Shown here piece by piece: positions 19,459 to 29,910 of a stretch of DNA of 64,000 bases (its first letter is position 1; each line of letters starts with the position of its first letter). Position numbers and translations under genes: made by a program. Origin of the DNA: Escherichia phage OliverMaurmann_Bas86; the sequence record PQ850622.1; one strand, 5' to 3'. The notes beneath the pieces are model-generated. The model did no database searches and was not told the DNA's origin. It was given only the letters and a program-made list of their open reading frames with translations.

Positions 19459-20490
19459 ATGGCTTATGGAATATGGTGTCAACCTGTAGGACCGGGACCA
19501 GCTTCCCCAGCTCCTCTCTTTATTGATAGCGGAAGCACTTTTCCTCAAATAAAAAATTCAATAAGTGGGAGTTTCAACTTTAACGGGGCTGGTAGATCTT
19601 TTCCTATTAGTGGGTGGGATGGGAGTGGTCAAATAGTGATTGTACCAACAGGCTCTCTTTGTTGGCAATGGGAGGTTCCTCCTAATTTAGTTCCTGATGT
19701 ATATTGTGTCAACAATATCTATGTAGAGAATAACACATCATTCAGGGTTACATTAAACCAAAACCCGGGAAGCAACCCTTTGTTTGACTGTGGTTTCAAT
19801 GTATATCAAATCTACCCAAGAGCTGATAGGAACTATGGAATAACCTTCTCTAATACAGCTGATTATTTCTCTATCTCAGATGCTGGGATTGTGGGTCAAT
19901 GCATCTGGGCTTGGCAAGGAACTATAAACAACGCTCTACAGATACCTGATATTGGTGGTTTCTATATGCCTAATGCTGTAGTTTTTGCTAACTGGTCTGA
20001 TGGTGGTGTTGGTTTATCTTATACATCAGGAGATAGGGTGATTCGAGTTTATCAAAACAGGTCTTATAACAATGGCAACACTAATGAAGGTGGTTCTGTG
20101 TTTGCTAGGGTTGCTGTATTTTGTAATGGTGCTGGGGTTCCTGAACACAACGGCGGTTTAAATATATACTCTCCCGGAACTACTCAGTGCGTATTCTCTA
20201 CTTATAGGTCTCCTTTTACAGTAGACACTTTCGTAGGCTCAGCAGGTGGAAATACTGGCTTAGCTTATCCTATGATTCCTCTGTCTTCTGGAGTTGGAGC
20301 TATCAGAGGAAGTGGGAGTGGTTGGTATTATCAACAAATGCGTTCTCATACCATGTCAGGGTCTTCAATAGGAACTGGATATGGTAGATATATGTTCCAA
20401 TGGTCTAATAGTTATGACTTAGGTTCTAATGCTGCTGTTAATATCTCCATCCCTGTAATCAACGCTGCTAAGATTTTTGCAGGTTTATGA
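19459..20490 (+). CDS. Virion structural protein, Gly/Ser/Asn-rich
   Basis: 343 aa ORF tightly packed after the previous gene. Confidence 0.45.
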   Translation: MAYGIWCQPVGPGPASPAPLFIDSGSTFPQIKNSISGSFNFNGAGRSFPISGWDGSGQIVIVPTGSLCWQWEVPPNLVPDVYCVNNIYVENNTSFRVTLNQNPGSNPLFDCGFNVYQIYPRADRNYGITFSNTADYFSISDAGIVGQCIWAWQGTINNALQIPDIGGFYMPNAVVFANWSDGGVGLSYTSGDRVIRVYQNRSYNNGNTNEGGSVFARVAVFCNGAGVPEHNGGLNIYSPGTTQCVFSTYRSPFTVDTFVGSAGGNTGLAYPMIPLSSGVGAIRGSGSGWYYQQMRSHTMSGSSIGTGYGRYMFQWSNSYDLGSNAAVNISIPVINAAKIFAGL

Positions 20491-20502
20491 TAAGGAGTTT
20501 TT

Positions 20503-21300
20503 ATGACAAAAATAATGGGAGTGTCAGAGCTTGACCCTTTGGTCCAACAAGCTTCTAAGAAATATGGCATTCCTGCTGCTCTTATACATGCAGTGATTCA
20601 GAGAGAGTCTAATGGAAGACCTTCTGTTGAATCTGGTACAGGACCAGTAGGTTTAATGCAAATCAGTAAGGGGTTGGCTAAAGATTATGGATATAAACTT
20701 GAAGATAGGTTAGACCCTGCAAAGAATATTGACATGGGTGCTAGATATTTAAGAGATAACCTGAAAGCTTTTGATGGTGATGTGAGGAAGGCTTTGGTGG
20801 GGTATTCAGAAGGAACTGGTGGTGCTAAGCAAATGTTTGCTGGTAAGAGAGGGTTTACACCTCAAGCTTTAGATTCAATGAATAATAAGCTGTTCCTACC
20901 ATTCTTTGATAAGAACACAGCAGCGGCACAAGTGGCTAATCCTGTAGGTGCTTTGAAAGCAGTTCAGCCTGTGGACCAGTTTGATTCTAATACGCTGACT
21001 AGAGAAGGTGCTGCAAACGCTCCTACTCAAGCAGAGATAGCTGCAAGCAAGGCTGGAGCTTTAGGTGGTCGTCCTGTAGAGTTTTACTCTGATGAACAAT
21101 CTACTGGGGAAAATCAAAAACCTCAACAGAACTTTGGAAATGCTGTATTGGCAGCTGCTTCTATGCTTGCAGGAAAACAGCCTAACTCTCAAACCGTACA
21201 GAGAGCACATGCCCCTACTCAAGCAGGTTCTCGATACAGTCCACAAACACAAGCCGTGCTGAGACGTTTGTCTAGCATAGGTACTGATATTTACAGATAA
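20503..21300 (+). CDS. Virion-associated lytic transglycosylase (SLT domain) protein
   Basis: 265 aa; RESNGRPSVESGTGPVGLMQI matches the SLT catalytic region (ES...G.MQ). Confidence 0.8.
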   Translation: MTKIMGVSELDPLVQQASKKYGIPAALIHAVIQRESNGRPSVESGTGPVGLMQISKGLAKDYGYKLEDRLDPAKNIDMGARYLRDNLKAFDGDVRKALVGYSEGTGGAKQMFAGKRGFTPQALDSMNNKLFLPFFDKNTAAAQVANPVGALKAVQPVDQFDSNTLTREGAANAPTQAEIAASKAGALGGRPVEFYSDEQSTGENQKPQQNFGNAVLAAASMLAGKQPNSQTVQRAHAPTQAGSRYSPQTQAVLRRLSSIGTDIYR

Positions 21301-21309
21301 GGAGGACGT

Positions 21310-22362
21310 ATGTCTCTTTTCGGTTCTGCTCCTAAATCTAAGACTACGGTAGCTCCGTCTTCTCAGGTTGATGCTCTTCTGAAACAGATTGTAGCAAATG
21401 CTCAGGCTATGAATCAAAACGATCAAGGTTTTATTGGTCGTAACGTAGCGGGTTTTAATGAAAACCAAACAGCAGCTCTTTCTAATTTAGCAAATTCTAA
21501 CACACTCAACCAACTCAGTCAGATGTACACCCCTAGAACTCAACAAGGGTTGGACCAGATGAATGAGTTGGCTCAGAAATATCAAAACCTAGTTAATAAA
21601 GGTGGTATCACTGCTCAGGATGTTAATAATTTTAGCTCTGGATTGAATAGCTCTGCTTTAGCTAAGTCTACAGGTAAAGCTGCTGCTAATGTATCTCTTG
21701 GTAATGGTTCTGATTCAGGTTCTCTTAGACGTGCTGCTGCTCAAGGTGCTGCTCTTTCTTCAGCGAACACTAATCTCTCTCGCTCTATTCAGGGTAAAAA
21801 TATGGGTGTTAACACTCTTCTGAATAACAACTCTTATCAGCAAGGTTTGCTAAACGCTCAATCTGGTTTAGCAGGTCAGAACTTGAATCTAGGTGCTGCT
21901 GGAGTACAAGCTGGTCAACAGGCAATACAGAATCAGCTTACTGCTGGTAATCTTCAACAACAGCAAGATCAACTCCAAGCTAACAACAATTGGGAGAATG
22001 CTATTGGCAATCAACAGTACGGTTGGAATCAGCTTAACAATCAGCTTAATGTATTAAACTCAGTAAGCCCTATGGCTGGATACACTATTACTAATAAAGG
22101 TGCTGCCCCTAGTGCTTCGCAACAAATCCTTGGTGCTGGCGTTACAGGTCTTGGTATTGCTGGTCGTTTAGGTGCTTTTACCCCTAACCAGCAAACTACT
22201 AATGCTTGGAACTCATACAATGCTTCTGGAGGTCAAGCCGGATTGGCTGGTCCTATGATTGGTGGCTCAAACCTGTCTCAACAGAATGGTCAGAGCAACT
22301 GGTTATCTACCGCAGGAAGTAATATCTTAGGTGGTGTTCTAGGAGCCTTTGGAGCAAATTAA
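21310..22362 (+). CDS. Gln/Asn-rich low-complexity virion protein
   Basis: 350 aa, very Q/N/G/S/A-rich; N-terminus MSLFGSAPKSKTT parallels the next gene. Confidence 0.5.
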   Translation: MSLFGSAPKSKTTVAPSSQVDALLKQIVANAQAMNQNDQGFIGRNVAGFNENQTAALSNLANSNTLNQLSQMYTPRTQQGLDQMNELAQKYQNLVNKGGITAQDVNNFSSGLNSSALAKSTGKAAANVSLGNGSDSGSLRRAAAQGAALSSANTNLSRSIQGKNMGVNTLLNNNSYQQGLLNAQSGLAGQNLNLGAAGVQAGQQAIQNQLTAGNLQQQQDQLQANNNWENAIGNQQYGWNQLNNQLNVLNSVSPMAGYTITNKGAAPSASQQILGAGVTGLGIAGRLGAFTPNQQTTNAWNSYNASGGQAGLAGPMIGGSNLSQQNGQSNWLSTAGSNILGGVLGAFGAN

Positions 22363-22371
22363 GGAGGAGCT

Positions 22372-23340
22372 ATGGCTTTATTCGGTGGTGGGAGTAGCAA
22401 GACTACTTCTAAAATGACAAGACCTGACTACATTCAGTCCTATATTGATCAGTTGGTCAATCAGGTTAATAACACTAGTTCAGGCGATTATGTGTATCGA
22501 GAAAATGTTGGACTTAATCAAAACCAGCAAGAAGCTCTGAACAATCTATCACAATCTGGTGCATTAGGTGCACTTTCTTCTCAGTATATGGATGCTGCTC
22601 AATCTGGCTTAGGTTATCTAGATAATGCATACTCTGGATATAACAACCTGTCTAACTCTGGTCAAATCACTGGGGAACAGATTGGTGCTCTTGCAGGCCA
22701 GCTCTATGACGATGAGGCTGTGCAAGCAGCTATTGCAGCGAATAATGAACAAACCCAACAGAGTTTGGCTAGGAATGCACTTCCTCAAATCTCTCAGCAG
22801 TTTGCTGGTCAGCAAGGTTCTGGTGCACGTATGGCTAAATCTTTTGCTCAAGGTGATGCTCTGAACCAGATGCAGAACACAGCAACCAATATTACTAATA
22901 GTGCTTATGACTCCGCTCTAACTCAAGCACAGAACATTCTTTCTGGTAATAGACAAACACAAGCATCTGCTTTGGGTGGTTTATCTAACATTGGCTCCAA
23001 TCTTGCTAATCTAGGAAACCAAGCTGGTCAGTTATCACAACAGCAAATGATGAATCAGTGGAATGCAGGACTGCAACAGCAGCAACAACAGCAGTCTGAT
23101 TTGAACAATGCTTATGAGAATGCTCAGAATGCCGCTAATTGGGGTTGGCAGGATATTAACAATCAACTAGGTGCTGCTGGGGTTCTTAATGGAGCTTTAG
23201 GGACAACCACAACTACTAAAACATCTGGTGGTAGTGGAGGCTTCCTAGGTGGTGCTGCTAGCGGTGCTGCTGCTGGCTCAGCTTTTGGCCCTTGGGGTGC
23301 TTTAGCTGGCGGTGTTATCGGTGGCTTAGCTAGCTCTTAA
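22372..23340 (+). CDS. Gln/Asn-rich low-complexity virion protein (paralog of 21310-22362)
   Basis: 322 aa; N-terminus MALFGGGSSKTTS; Q-rich with a poly-Q stretch; Gly-rich C-terminus. Confidence 0.5.
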   Translation: MALFGGGSSKTTSKMTRPDYIQSYIDQLVNQVNNTSSGDYVYRENVGLNQNQQEALNNLSQSGALGALSSQYMDAAQSGLGYLDNAYSGYNNLSNSGQITGEQIGALAGQLYDDEAVQAAIAANNEQTQQSLARNALPQISQQFAGQQGSGARMAKSFAQGDALNQMQNTATNITNSAYDSALTQAQNILSGNRQTQASALGGLSNIGSNLANLGNQAGQLSQQQMMNQWNAGLQQQQQQQSDLNNAYENAQNAANWGWQDINNQLGAAGVLNGALGTTTTTKTSGGSGGFLGGAASGAAAGSAFGPWGALAGGVIGGLASS

Positions 23341-23354
23341 TTAGGAGAATAATT

Positions 23355-25022
23355 ATGCAACAAACTTCTTATGCGTATCTTCGCAGTCAAGACCCAAGAA
23401 ATCAGATTTATGGTGTTAAACAAGGGGCCGCTTCGGCCTCTCCATACATGGCAAGACCTGCTTACCCAGCTGCTGATGTTTCAATGTATAGTCAGAGACC
23501 TCCTGCCTCTCCTGTAGGTTTATCCTCTCTTGTTGCTACTGCTCAAGAAGACCAAGAAGCTATGTTAAATCCGGGATTTAGGCAGCGCCTTATGGAAGCA
23601 GAGAATCAAGGGACTCCTACAAGCCTTCAGGGTATTGATATTGGCGAACCAGCTCCTGCTATGAATAACCCAGATCTATCCTCTGATGAGGGTCTACAAG
23701 CTGCTGGGTTGATGCCTAGTGACCCACTTCCTGTTACTCCTCCTCGTAAACCTCTGGAAGAAACAGATAAAGAGTTCTCTCCAGTTCAGGTGGAACAGGC
23801 TCAGAATGTTATTAACACTTTAGCTAATAGTAATCCAGCTCCTGAAGGTATGGCTGGTGCAACTCGTGCTAAAGACCAAGAACGTATTAATAATGATATT
23901 ATGGAAGTAGCTAAAGCTAAAGATCCAGCACAAGCTTGGAATGAGCTTCAGAAGCAACCGTTCTACCAGAAGTCTAGTTTCTATACTGGCTTAATGGGTG
24001 TTGGTCTTTCTATCATGTCAGGTAAATCCCCTATTGAAGCTTTCCAGATTGGTTCTGGCTTAGCTGCTCAGGATGAAACTAAACAACAACTAGAAGCCAA
24101 CCGTGATGCTCTGTTAGAACAAGGCTATTCTCAAGATTCAGTTGCTGCTGCAATTGCTTCGGGAGATCCCTCCCTTCTCAAAATGCGTCAGATTAGTCCT
24201 CAGGAGAAGATGGCTCTTGCTGCTCAGGATGAAGAACGTGCTAATCGTGAGTGGGATAGACGTCAACAGATTCAAGAGAATTCGATGCGGGAACGTGCTG
24301 CTGAAACTCGTCGTGCTGCTGAAGAACGTGCTAATGCTCAGTTCGAGAAACAGAAAGAACTTATTGGATATCGTGATCAAGTTAAAGCAGAGCGTGCAGA
24401 GAAGGCTGCTCAGAGCTTTACTTTCAACCCTAAAGAAGTTCGTCTGGCTCAGAACACAGCAGAAGGTACAGTTGCTAAGCAGTGGGCAGAGAAAGCAGGT
24501 CTGTTCAACCAGTCTCATAAGGACTTGGATTTAGCAGACAAAGCTGTTAAGGATAAGGATTACCAAACTGCTCGTTCTGCTTACATGCAGGCTATTATGA
24601 ACTCCGCAAGGGCAGAAATTGGTGCTAACCGTTCTCTCCAAGCTGATGACTTGGCTCACTTTGCAGAAGACCCGTCAATCTTCGTTAAGGTTGGTAATAC
24701 TTGGTCCCTTAAAGCAGGCTATCGTCCTTCTGATGCTGCTCTGTCATATGCTCGTAAGCAGGCAACTGTTGGTGCTACTTCCGCTGAGAAAGGTGTGAAG
24801 GATGCTAAGAAAGCAACAATTGAGGCATATATCGGTTCTGGTATGGATAAGAAAAGAGCTACAGCTCTTGTCAACCGTGCTATCCCATCTGCTGGTTTCT
24901 ATGACCCATTCGGTACGTTTGAGAGTGAAGCTGAAGCAGCTGTTGGTGGAGATACTACAAATCCTCGCTTAACAGGTGCTCTTTCTTCTTCAGCGGCAGA
25001 TACGAGTTGGATGTTCCAGTAA
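23355..25022 (+). CDS. Internal virion protein (putative)
   Basis: 555 aa ORF in late block; Pro/Ala-rich N-terminus, charged helical middle. Confidence 0.45.
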   Translation: MQQTSYAYLRSQDPRNQIYGVKQGAASASPYMARPAYPAADVSMYSQRPPASPVGLSSLVATAQEDQEAMLNPGFRQRLMEAENQGTPTSLQGIDIGEPAPAMNNPDLSSDEGLQAAGLMPSDPLPVTPPRKPLEETDKEFSPVQVEQAQNVINTLANSNPAPEGMAGATRAKDQERINNDIMEVAKAKDPAQAWNELQKQPFYQKSSFYTGLMGVGLSIMSGKSPIEAFQIGSGLAAQDETKQQLEANRDALLEQGYSQDSVAAAIASGDPSLLKMRQISPQEKMALAAQDEERANREWDRRQQIQENSMRERAAETRRAAEERANAQFEKQKELIGYRDQVKAERAEKAAQSFTFNPKEVRLAQNTAEGTVAKQWAEKAGLFNQSHKDLDLADKAVKDKDYQTARSAYMQAIMNSARAEIGANRSLQADDLAHFAEDPSIFVKVGNTWSLKAGYRPSDAALSYARKQATVGATSAEKGVKDAKKATIEAYIGSGMDKKRATALVNRAIPSAGFYDPFGTFESEAEAAVGGDTTNPRLTGALSSSAADTSWMFQ

Positions 25023-25047
25023 TCTAAGACCTAAGTCCTATCTCTTA

Positions 25048-25056
25048 TAATGTATA
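25048..25056 (+). promoter_or_regulatory. TAATGTATA motif, candidate phage sigma-dependent promoter element
   Basis: Exact 9-mer ~37 nt upstream of the 25093 ATG; reverse complement also found upstream of the SSB gene. Confidence 0.35.
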
Positions 25057-25092
25057 TAGGAGGTAGGACATTTTTATTTATAAGGAGACGTT

Positions 25093-28000
25093 ATGGCTAA
25101 TTTAAAATCGTGGGAAGAAGCTTCCAAAGCTCCTGCGTATCTGAATGCCTCTCCAGAGCAACAGGCTCAAATGAGAGAACAATACAAGGCAGCAGGGGGC
25201 ACTATTCCTGAGACTCAACCACAAGAGCAACCACAACAAGAAGAACGAGGTGTTATTGGGGAGTTTGCTCAAGGTGTGTCTAACGCTCTTCAATCAGGTG
25301 GTGCTAACATTGCAGCTAGTGCTGCTAAAGGTTTAGGTGGGCTGGTAGAGATTGGTGAAAACCTAACTGGTTCGGAAACAAGCTATGGTAAGCGCATTCA
25401 AGAGAACTCTAAGCAATTGCTGGAAGAACGCTTATCCAAGATAGAAGATGGTTTTGGTAAAACAGCTGGTCAGTATGCTGGTGTTGCTGCTGATATTGGT
25501 TTGACAGTTGCAAACCCTGCTGTTGCTGCTGCTGTTATCGCAGCTCGTGAAACAGGTCGTGCTTATGCTGATCAAACTCCTAAAGAAGATGAAGATAAGT
25601 CAATCTTAGATGCTGCTCTTGTTGGTGGTGCTAACTACGCTGCTCAGAAGATACTTCCGGGCATGACTGGTACAGCTTCTACTACTCTAGGTCGTGTAGG
25701 ACAAAGCGTAGCCTCTAACGCGGTTGCTGGTGCTAAGGGTGGTGCTATTGTTGGTGCTGCTGAAGCTCAGAACAAATATGGAGATGATACTACTCTAGCT
25801 AATGTCTTAGAAGGGGCTATTGAAGAAGGTGCACTCGGTGCCGCTTATGGTGGGGCGATTGGTGGGGTTCATGGGTTAATAAGTCGTCCTAGTCCTCAAG
25901 TGTTTGATCGTACTCCTGAGCATGTTAAGACTGACATTGCTGCTGAAGATGAGGCTATTCGTAAAGCTGCTAACGCTGATGAACTTCGTGAAGCCTATGC
26001 TAAAGCTGAGAATGCTAATGCTGCCTCTGCTTTAAACCTTCTGGATGAAAATGGTTTCCGAATCACAGATGCAGTTGCTATGGACTCTCCTGCTGTTCAA
26101 CGTATATTAAATACAGATCAAAATCGTGCAGAGAAGGCTGCTACGGTTCAGAAAGATAGTTCTAACGTTCCCGGTCTTAATCCTTTAGCTTCTCCTAAGA
26201 AGACTCAAGGTAAAGCTTTTGCTGACAATGAGTACAACCAGAAACAAGCTGTGGCAATGAAAGATGCAATGGCTGACTACACTAAAGATAACACCAAAGC
26301 CCTTACTGATGTTCTAGACAATCTAGACCGAGAGTTAGTAGCTCTGAGAGCAAGTGGTGATTTTACTGGTAGTGCTATTGACATTAAAAACCGTACTCAA
26401 GCTGATCGTGATTTTATTGATGCTTATAAAACTTTTTACAGTGAAGCTAATCGTTTCAAAGCTCGTGATGGTGAAGACCTAAACAACTTCATTGATAAAG
26501 CTACTCAGTTGCAGAAGCTCTCTGAAAATGTTTCTCCAGAAATGAAGAAGGCCATTGGTGGATTAAAGAAACTAAAAGGTATGCCTGAAGGTTTTAACCC
26601 TATCCAAGATGCTTTCACTCTGAATAATACAGCTAAGTTCATGAGTAACCAAGACCGTGGTTGGACCTCTCTGACTGATGACGGTTTTCGTGAAGCTCCG
26701 GCTCCTGTGTTAGTTAAGAATCCTCTCGGTGCAGCCAAGTATGTACTTAACCGCTTTACTTCCGATCGTGCTCGTGCTCAACGTGAGAAGCAACAGTCAG
26801 CTAATAGCGAAGCTATCCGCTCTTTGGCTAGGGCTGATTTAGAAGTACAACGAGCTAGGACTCAGGCTGAAGAAGCAAGAGCAAAAATGGAAGAAGAACC
26901 AACCACAGAAGACATCAAATTCCGTACTCAAAATGATGCACCTTCCGAACCGGTTCGTGAGGAGCCTTCTGCTACTACTGTGACAGAAGAAATTCCTTCC
27001 TCTCCAGCTCCAACTGAAACACCTCTTACTGCGAGGGATCTAGTTGCTCAAAGACGTGCTCTCCAACAAGCAGAGCTTAGACGTCAAGAAACTGAAGCTG
27101 CTCAGGCTCAAGAAAGTGCTACACCAGAACCTGAACCACAGCAAGAAGCTCTTACAGCTAGAGAATTAGTAGCTCAGCGTAGGGCTGTAGCAGAGGCTAA
27201 GAAACGTCAAGAGGCAGAGGAAGCAGAACGTGCTAAAGAAGCTCCTGAGGAGGCCGTAGAAGAGCCTAAAGAGAAACCTGAGCCATTACCTGCTCGTGCT
27301 CCTAAAGCTCCTGAGAAGGCTCCTGAGCCTGTTAAACCATCACTCGGTGTAGAGCGTCTGGCTTCTATGTCAACTGCTGCCCGTCAGGCAACAAAAGATC
27401 GTGCTGACCGATTTGCTCGTTCTTTGTATTCGGCTGCTGCTAAAGCTAAAGCTACTGCGGAAAACTTCCTTTCTTATAAAGGAGACCCTAAAGAGCTTAT
27501 GCGTCGTATCCGTCAGGAAGACCAAGCAAACAACACACAGCGTCATGAAGAGATGGCTAGAAATCAACTGGCTTCCCAGCAAGGCATTGCTTCTGCTAAA
27601 TCTCAACATGTTCGTGCCTCTTTTGCTGATTGGGTAAAAGAACGTGGGTTGCCTTCTGATATCGCTACTAAAGCCTTACGGGCTGAAGAGAAAGGTTTAG
27701 GTGGGAACGTCACAAGCCTAGATTCACTGAAACGAAGAGCTGAACGTTTATATCAGAAACAGAGAGATGATGAATTTGACCGTCTCTATCGAGAGGCTCT
27801 GGAAGAGAATAAAGCGTTTGACAAGAAAGATGCTCCTAAACTGGTAGATCAGAAGAAAGAACTTCAGGATGAAATTGGTACACTGCTTGATGCAGAACCT
27901 TTACGTCCTGCTCAGAAAGATGCTATGCGTAAGATCATGGAAGACTTTGTGGAGAGTAAGTTTAAATCTTCAGAGAAAGCTGGAAGGGTTGAGGCTTTGG

Positions 28001-29538
28001 AAGTTGGTCAAATGAAGGATGTGTGGGATGGGTTTATTAATACCTATAACCGAGAAGTTAACATGTTCAACAAGGCTAACAAGAACTCTCAATACGAAGC
28101 AGCGGCTAAACACTTGCAAGCACGTCAAGAACGTCTTGAGACGCTCCGTAACAGAGCTAAGGCTCGTAATGATGCCAAGGCAGCTATGGAAGCTGAAAAG
28201 CAGTCATTGGAAGCTATAGCGGCTCAGAAATCCGAGATGGAGAAGATGTTCAAAGAGTTGCCTGAAAGTGTCAGAGAAGCTCAGGAAGGTCGTACTTTGA
28301 AACAGCTTGCTGCTCACCACGATAAAAACTCTCCAGTACCACCAGAGCGTTTCCGTAGTATTATTGAACGTATTCACAACGCTGAGAGTGATTACCTCGA
28401 TCGCAAACGTCGTTTGACCGAAGCAGAGGAAGATGCTCGTGAGGCTAAGTGGAATAGGATGTATGAACAGGCTGAGGAAATGAACCGTAGGTTTGATATT
28501 GATTCTAGAGTGAAGAGAGACAAGGCTCTGAAAGAAGCTCAGGAACGAGAGAATGACCTAATGGCAGTTCAACGTCAACGTGATGACATTCATAAACGTT
28601 TAGTCAACACTCTGGAAGAGAAGGGGGTTTCTAGAGAGGATGCTGAAGCGTATGCTGGTTCTTATATGGACAATCGGTATGCTTTGTTAGAGAAACCTAT
28701 GACTCCAGTGGAACATCAGAATGCTCGTGCTCGTATCGAATCTGACGTAGAGAAGTTTGTTAAGAAGTATGAAACAGCTACTCCAATCGAAAGAGAGATT
28801 GCTAAGGCAACTGGTGATGCAGATGGGAAAGCTTCTGACCTTGATGCAGAAACAGCAAAAGCTATCGAAGATGCTCGTAAAGTTGATTCTGATTTTAAGA
28901 AACTTTTAGATGAAGAGAAAGAAATGGAGAAGATTCGTTCGGCTCTACCTGAGGATGAAAGATCTCAGGCTAACTCTGATATTCTTGAAAGTATTAAGAA
29001 GCAGGAAGATGACTTTGCTAACAAAGCAGAGAAAGCTTTTATTGAAGGGAAAGACTTGCAGGAGTTGGCGAGTGTTGCAGAGGTTCTAGATAGGGTTCAT
29101 GGTGCAGATAAGGCTGGTAACAACCGTCGATTTGTACGTGCTCTACAGACTGCTGCTGAGAACAAGAAACGTTATGGAGATAATCCAGTGGCTTGGTTTA
29201 GTGCTGATGATTATTCTGCTATTGCGAAACTTGGTGCTGCTTCGGCAGGTGGTAACAAATCTCGAGCACTTGAGAAAATCTTTGGTTCTACAGCAGAACA
29301 AGCTAAAGGGAAACTTTTAGGGAGGGATGATGTAGCTAAGATTAGACGTGTGATTGAAGCGAATCCTAATGCTAAGATTCCTTCTTACAAGACAACTACT
29401 CGACAAGAGTATTTACAGTTCTTGGAGAAGTATAATGATGAGGGAGAGTTGAAAGTCAAACGTGGTTCTCTGTCTGACAAGTTAGAAAGGGGTAAGCGTC
29501 AAGCTAAACTTCGTGTTAGAGTTCGAGCTAAGGAGTAA
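25093..29538 (+). CDS. Large internal virion/ejection protein (putative)
   Basis: 1481 aa; Gly/Ala-rich N-terminal region, long E/K/A/R-rich coiled-coil middle; last gene of + strand block. Confidence 0.5.
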   Translation: MANLKSWEEASKAPAYLNASPEQQAQMREQYKAAGGTIPETQPQEQPQQEERGVIGEFAQGVSNALQSGGANIAASAAKGLGGLVEIGENLTGSETSYGKRIQENSKQLLEERLSKIEDGFGKTAGQYAGVAADIGLTVANPAVAAAVIAARETGRAYADQTPKEDEDKSILDAALVGGANYAAQKILPGMTGTASTTLGRVGQSVASNAVAGAKGGAIVGAAEAQNKYGDDTTLANVLEGAIEEGALGAAYGGAIGGVHGLISRPSPQVFDRTPEHVKTDIAAEDEAIRKAANADELREAYAKAENANAASALNLLDENGFRITDAVAMDSPAVQRILNTDQNRAEKAATVQKDSSNVPGLNPLASPKKTQGKAFADNEYNQKQAVAMKDAMADYTKDNTKALTDVLDNLDRELVALRASGDFTGSAIDIKNRTQADRDFIDAYKTFYSEANRFKARDGEDLNNFIDKATQLQKLSENVSPEMKKAIGGLKKLKGMPEGFNPIQDAFTLNNTAKFMSNQDRGWTSLTDDGFREAPAPVLVKNPLGAAKYVLNRFTSDRARAQREKQQSANSEAIRSLARADLEVQRARTQAEEARAKMEEEPTTEDIKFRTQNDAPSEPVREEPSATTVTEEIPSSPAPTETPLTARDLVAQRRALQQAELRRQETEAAQAQESATPEPEPQQEALTARELVAQRRAVAEAKKRQEAEEAERAKEAPEEAVEEPKEKPEPLPARAPKAPEKAPEPVKPSLGVERLASMSTAARQATKDRADRFARSLYSAAAKAKATAENFLSYKGDPKELMRRIRQEDQANNTQRHEEMARNQLASQQGIASAKSQHVRASFADWVKERGLPSDIATKALRAEEKGLGGNVTSLDSLKRRAERLYQKQRDDEFDRLYREALEENKAFDKKDAPKLVDQKKELQDEIGTLLDAEPLRPAQKDAMRKIMEDFVESKFKSSEKAGRVEALEVGQMKDVWDGFINTYNREVNMFNKANKNSQYEAAAKHLQARQERLETLRNRAKARNDAKAAMEAEKQSLEAIAAQKSEMEKMFKELPESVREAQEGRTLKQLAAHHDKNSPVPPERFRSIIERIHNAESDYLDRKRRLTEAEEDAREAKWNRMYEQAEEMNRRFDIDSRVKRDKALKEAQERENDLMAVQRQRDDIHKRLVNTLEEKGVSREDAEAYAGSYMDNRYALLEKPMTPVEHQNARARIESDVEKFVKKYETATPIEREIAKATGDADGKASDLDAETAKAIEDARKVDSDFKKLLDEEKEMEKIRSALPEDERSQANSDILESIKKQEDDFANKAEKAFIEGKDLQELASVAEVLDRVHGADKAGNNRRFVRALQTAAENKKRYGDNPVAWFSADDYSAIAKLGAASAGGNKSRALEKIFGSTAEQAKGKLLGRDDVAKIRRVIEANPNAKIPSYKTTTRQEYLQFLEKYNDEGELKVKRGSLSDKLERGKRQAKLRVRVRAKE

Positions 29539-29546
29539 ACAAGAAA

Positions 29547-29584
29547 AGCCCCCAACCTGAAAAGGAAGGGGGCTTCTTTATTTC
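29547..29584. terminator. Candidate bidirectional terminator between convergent + and - gene blocks
   Basis: GCCCCC ... GGGGGC inverted repeat with T-rich tracts on both strands. Confidence 0.4.
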
Positions 29585-29635
29585 TAGATGTTAGAATCCA
29601 TCGAATTCATCATACATCCCAATTTTCTTCTTCAA

Positions 29636-29902
29636 TCACAAGACCTCCCAATCATCTGCAAACAAATCACCCTGAGATGGAACCCATCCGGGTTGCATAA
29701 TACCCTGAGCATTCTTTAAGTCTAAATGAGGGGCGATGACGAATCGACCAGTGATGCCAGCTTTTTCATAATCAGAACCCGGTCGAGCTTCTTCTACTTC
29801 ATATCCACCTTCTTTGATGATGAACTGATTTGCACCATTCCAACCAGAGCGAGCAATCCTCTTCCCTTCTTTTACTTTAATAAGCGCTGAACTGAAATCC
29901 AT
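29636..29902 (-). CDS. DUF2829-like small protein (possible Tad2-type anti-defense sponge)
   Basis: 88 aa; N-terminal FSSALIKVKEGKRIARSGWNG and C-terminal DWEVL resemble the family as recalled from memory. Confidence 0.4.
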   Translation of the reverse strand: MDFSSALIKVKEGKRIARSGWNGANQFIIKEGGYEVEEARPGSDYEKAGITGRFVIAPHLDLKNAQGIMQPGWVPSQGDLFADDWEVL

Positions 29903-29910
29903 TTGTTCTC

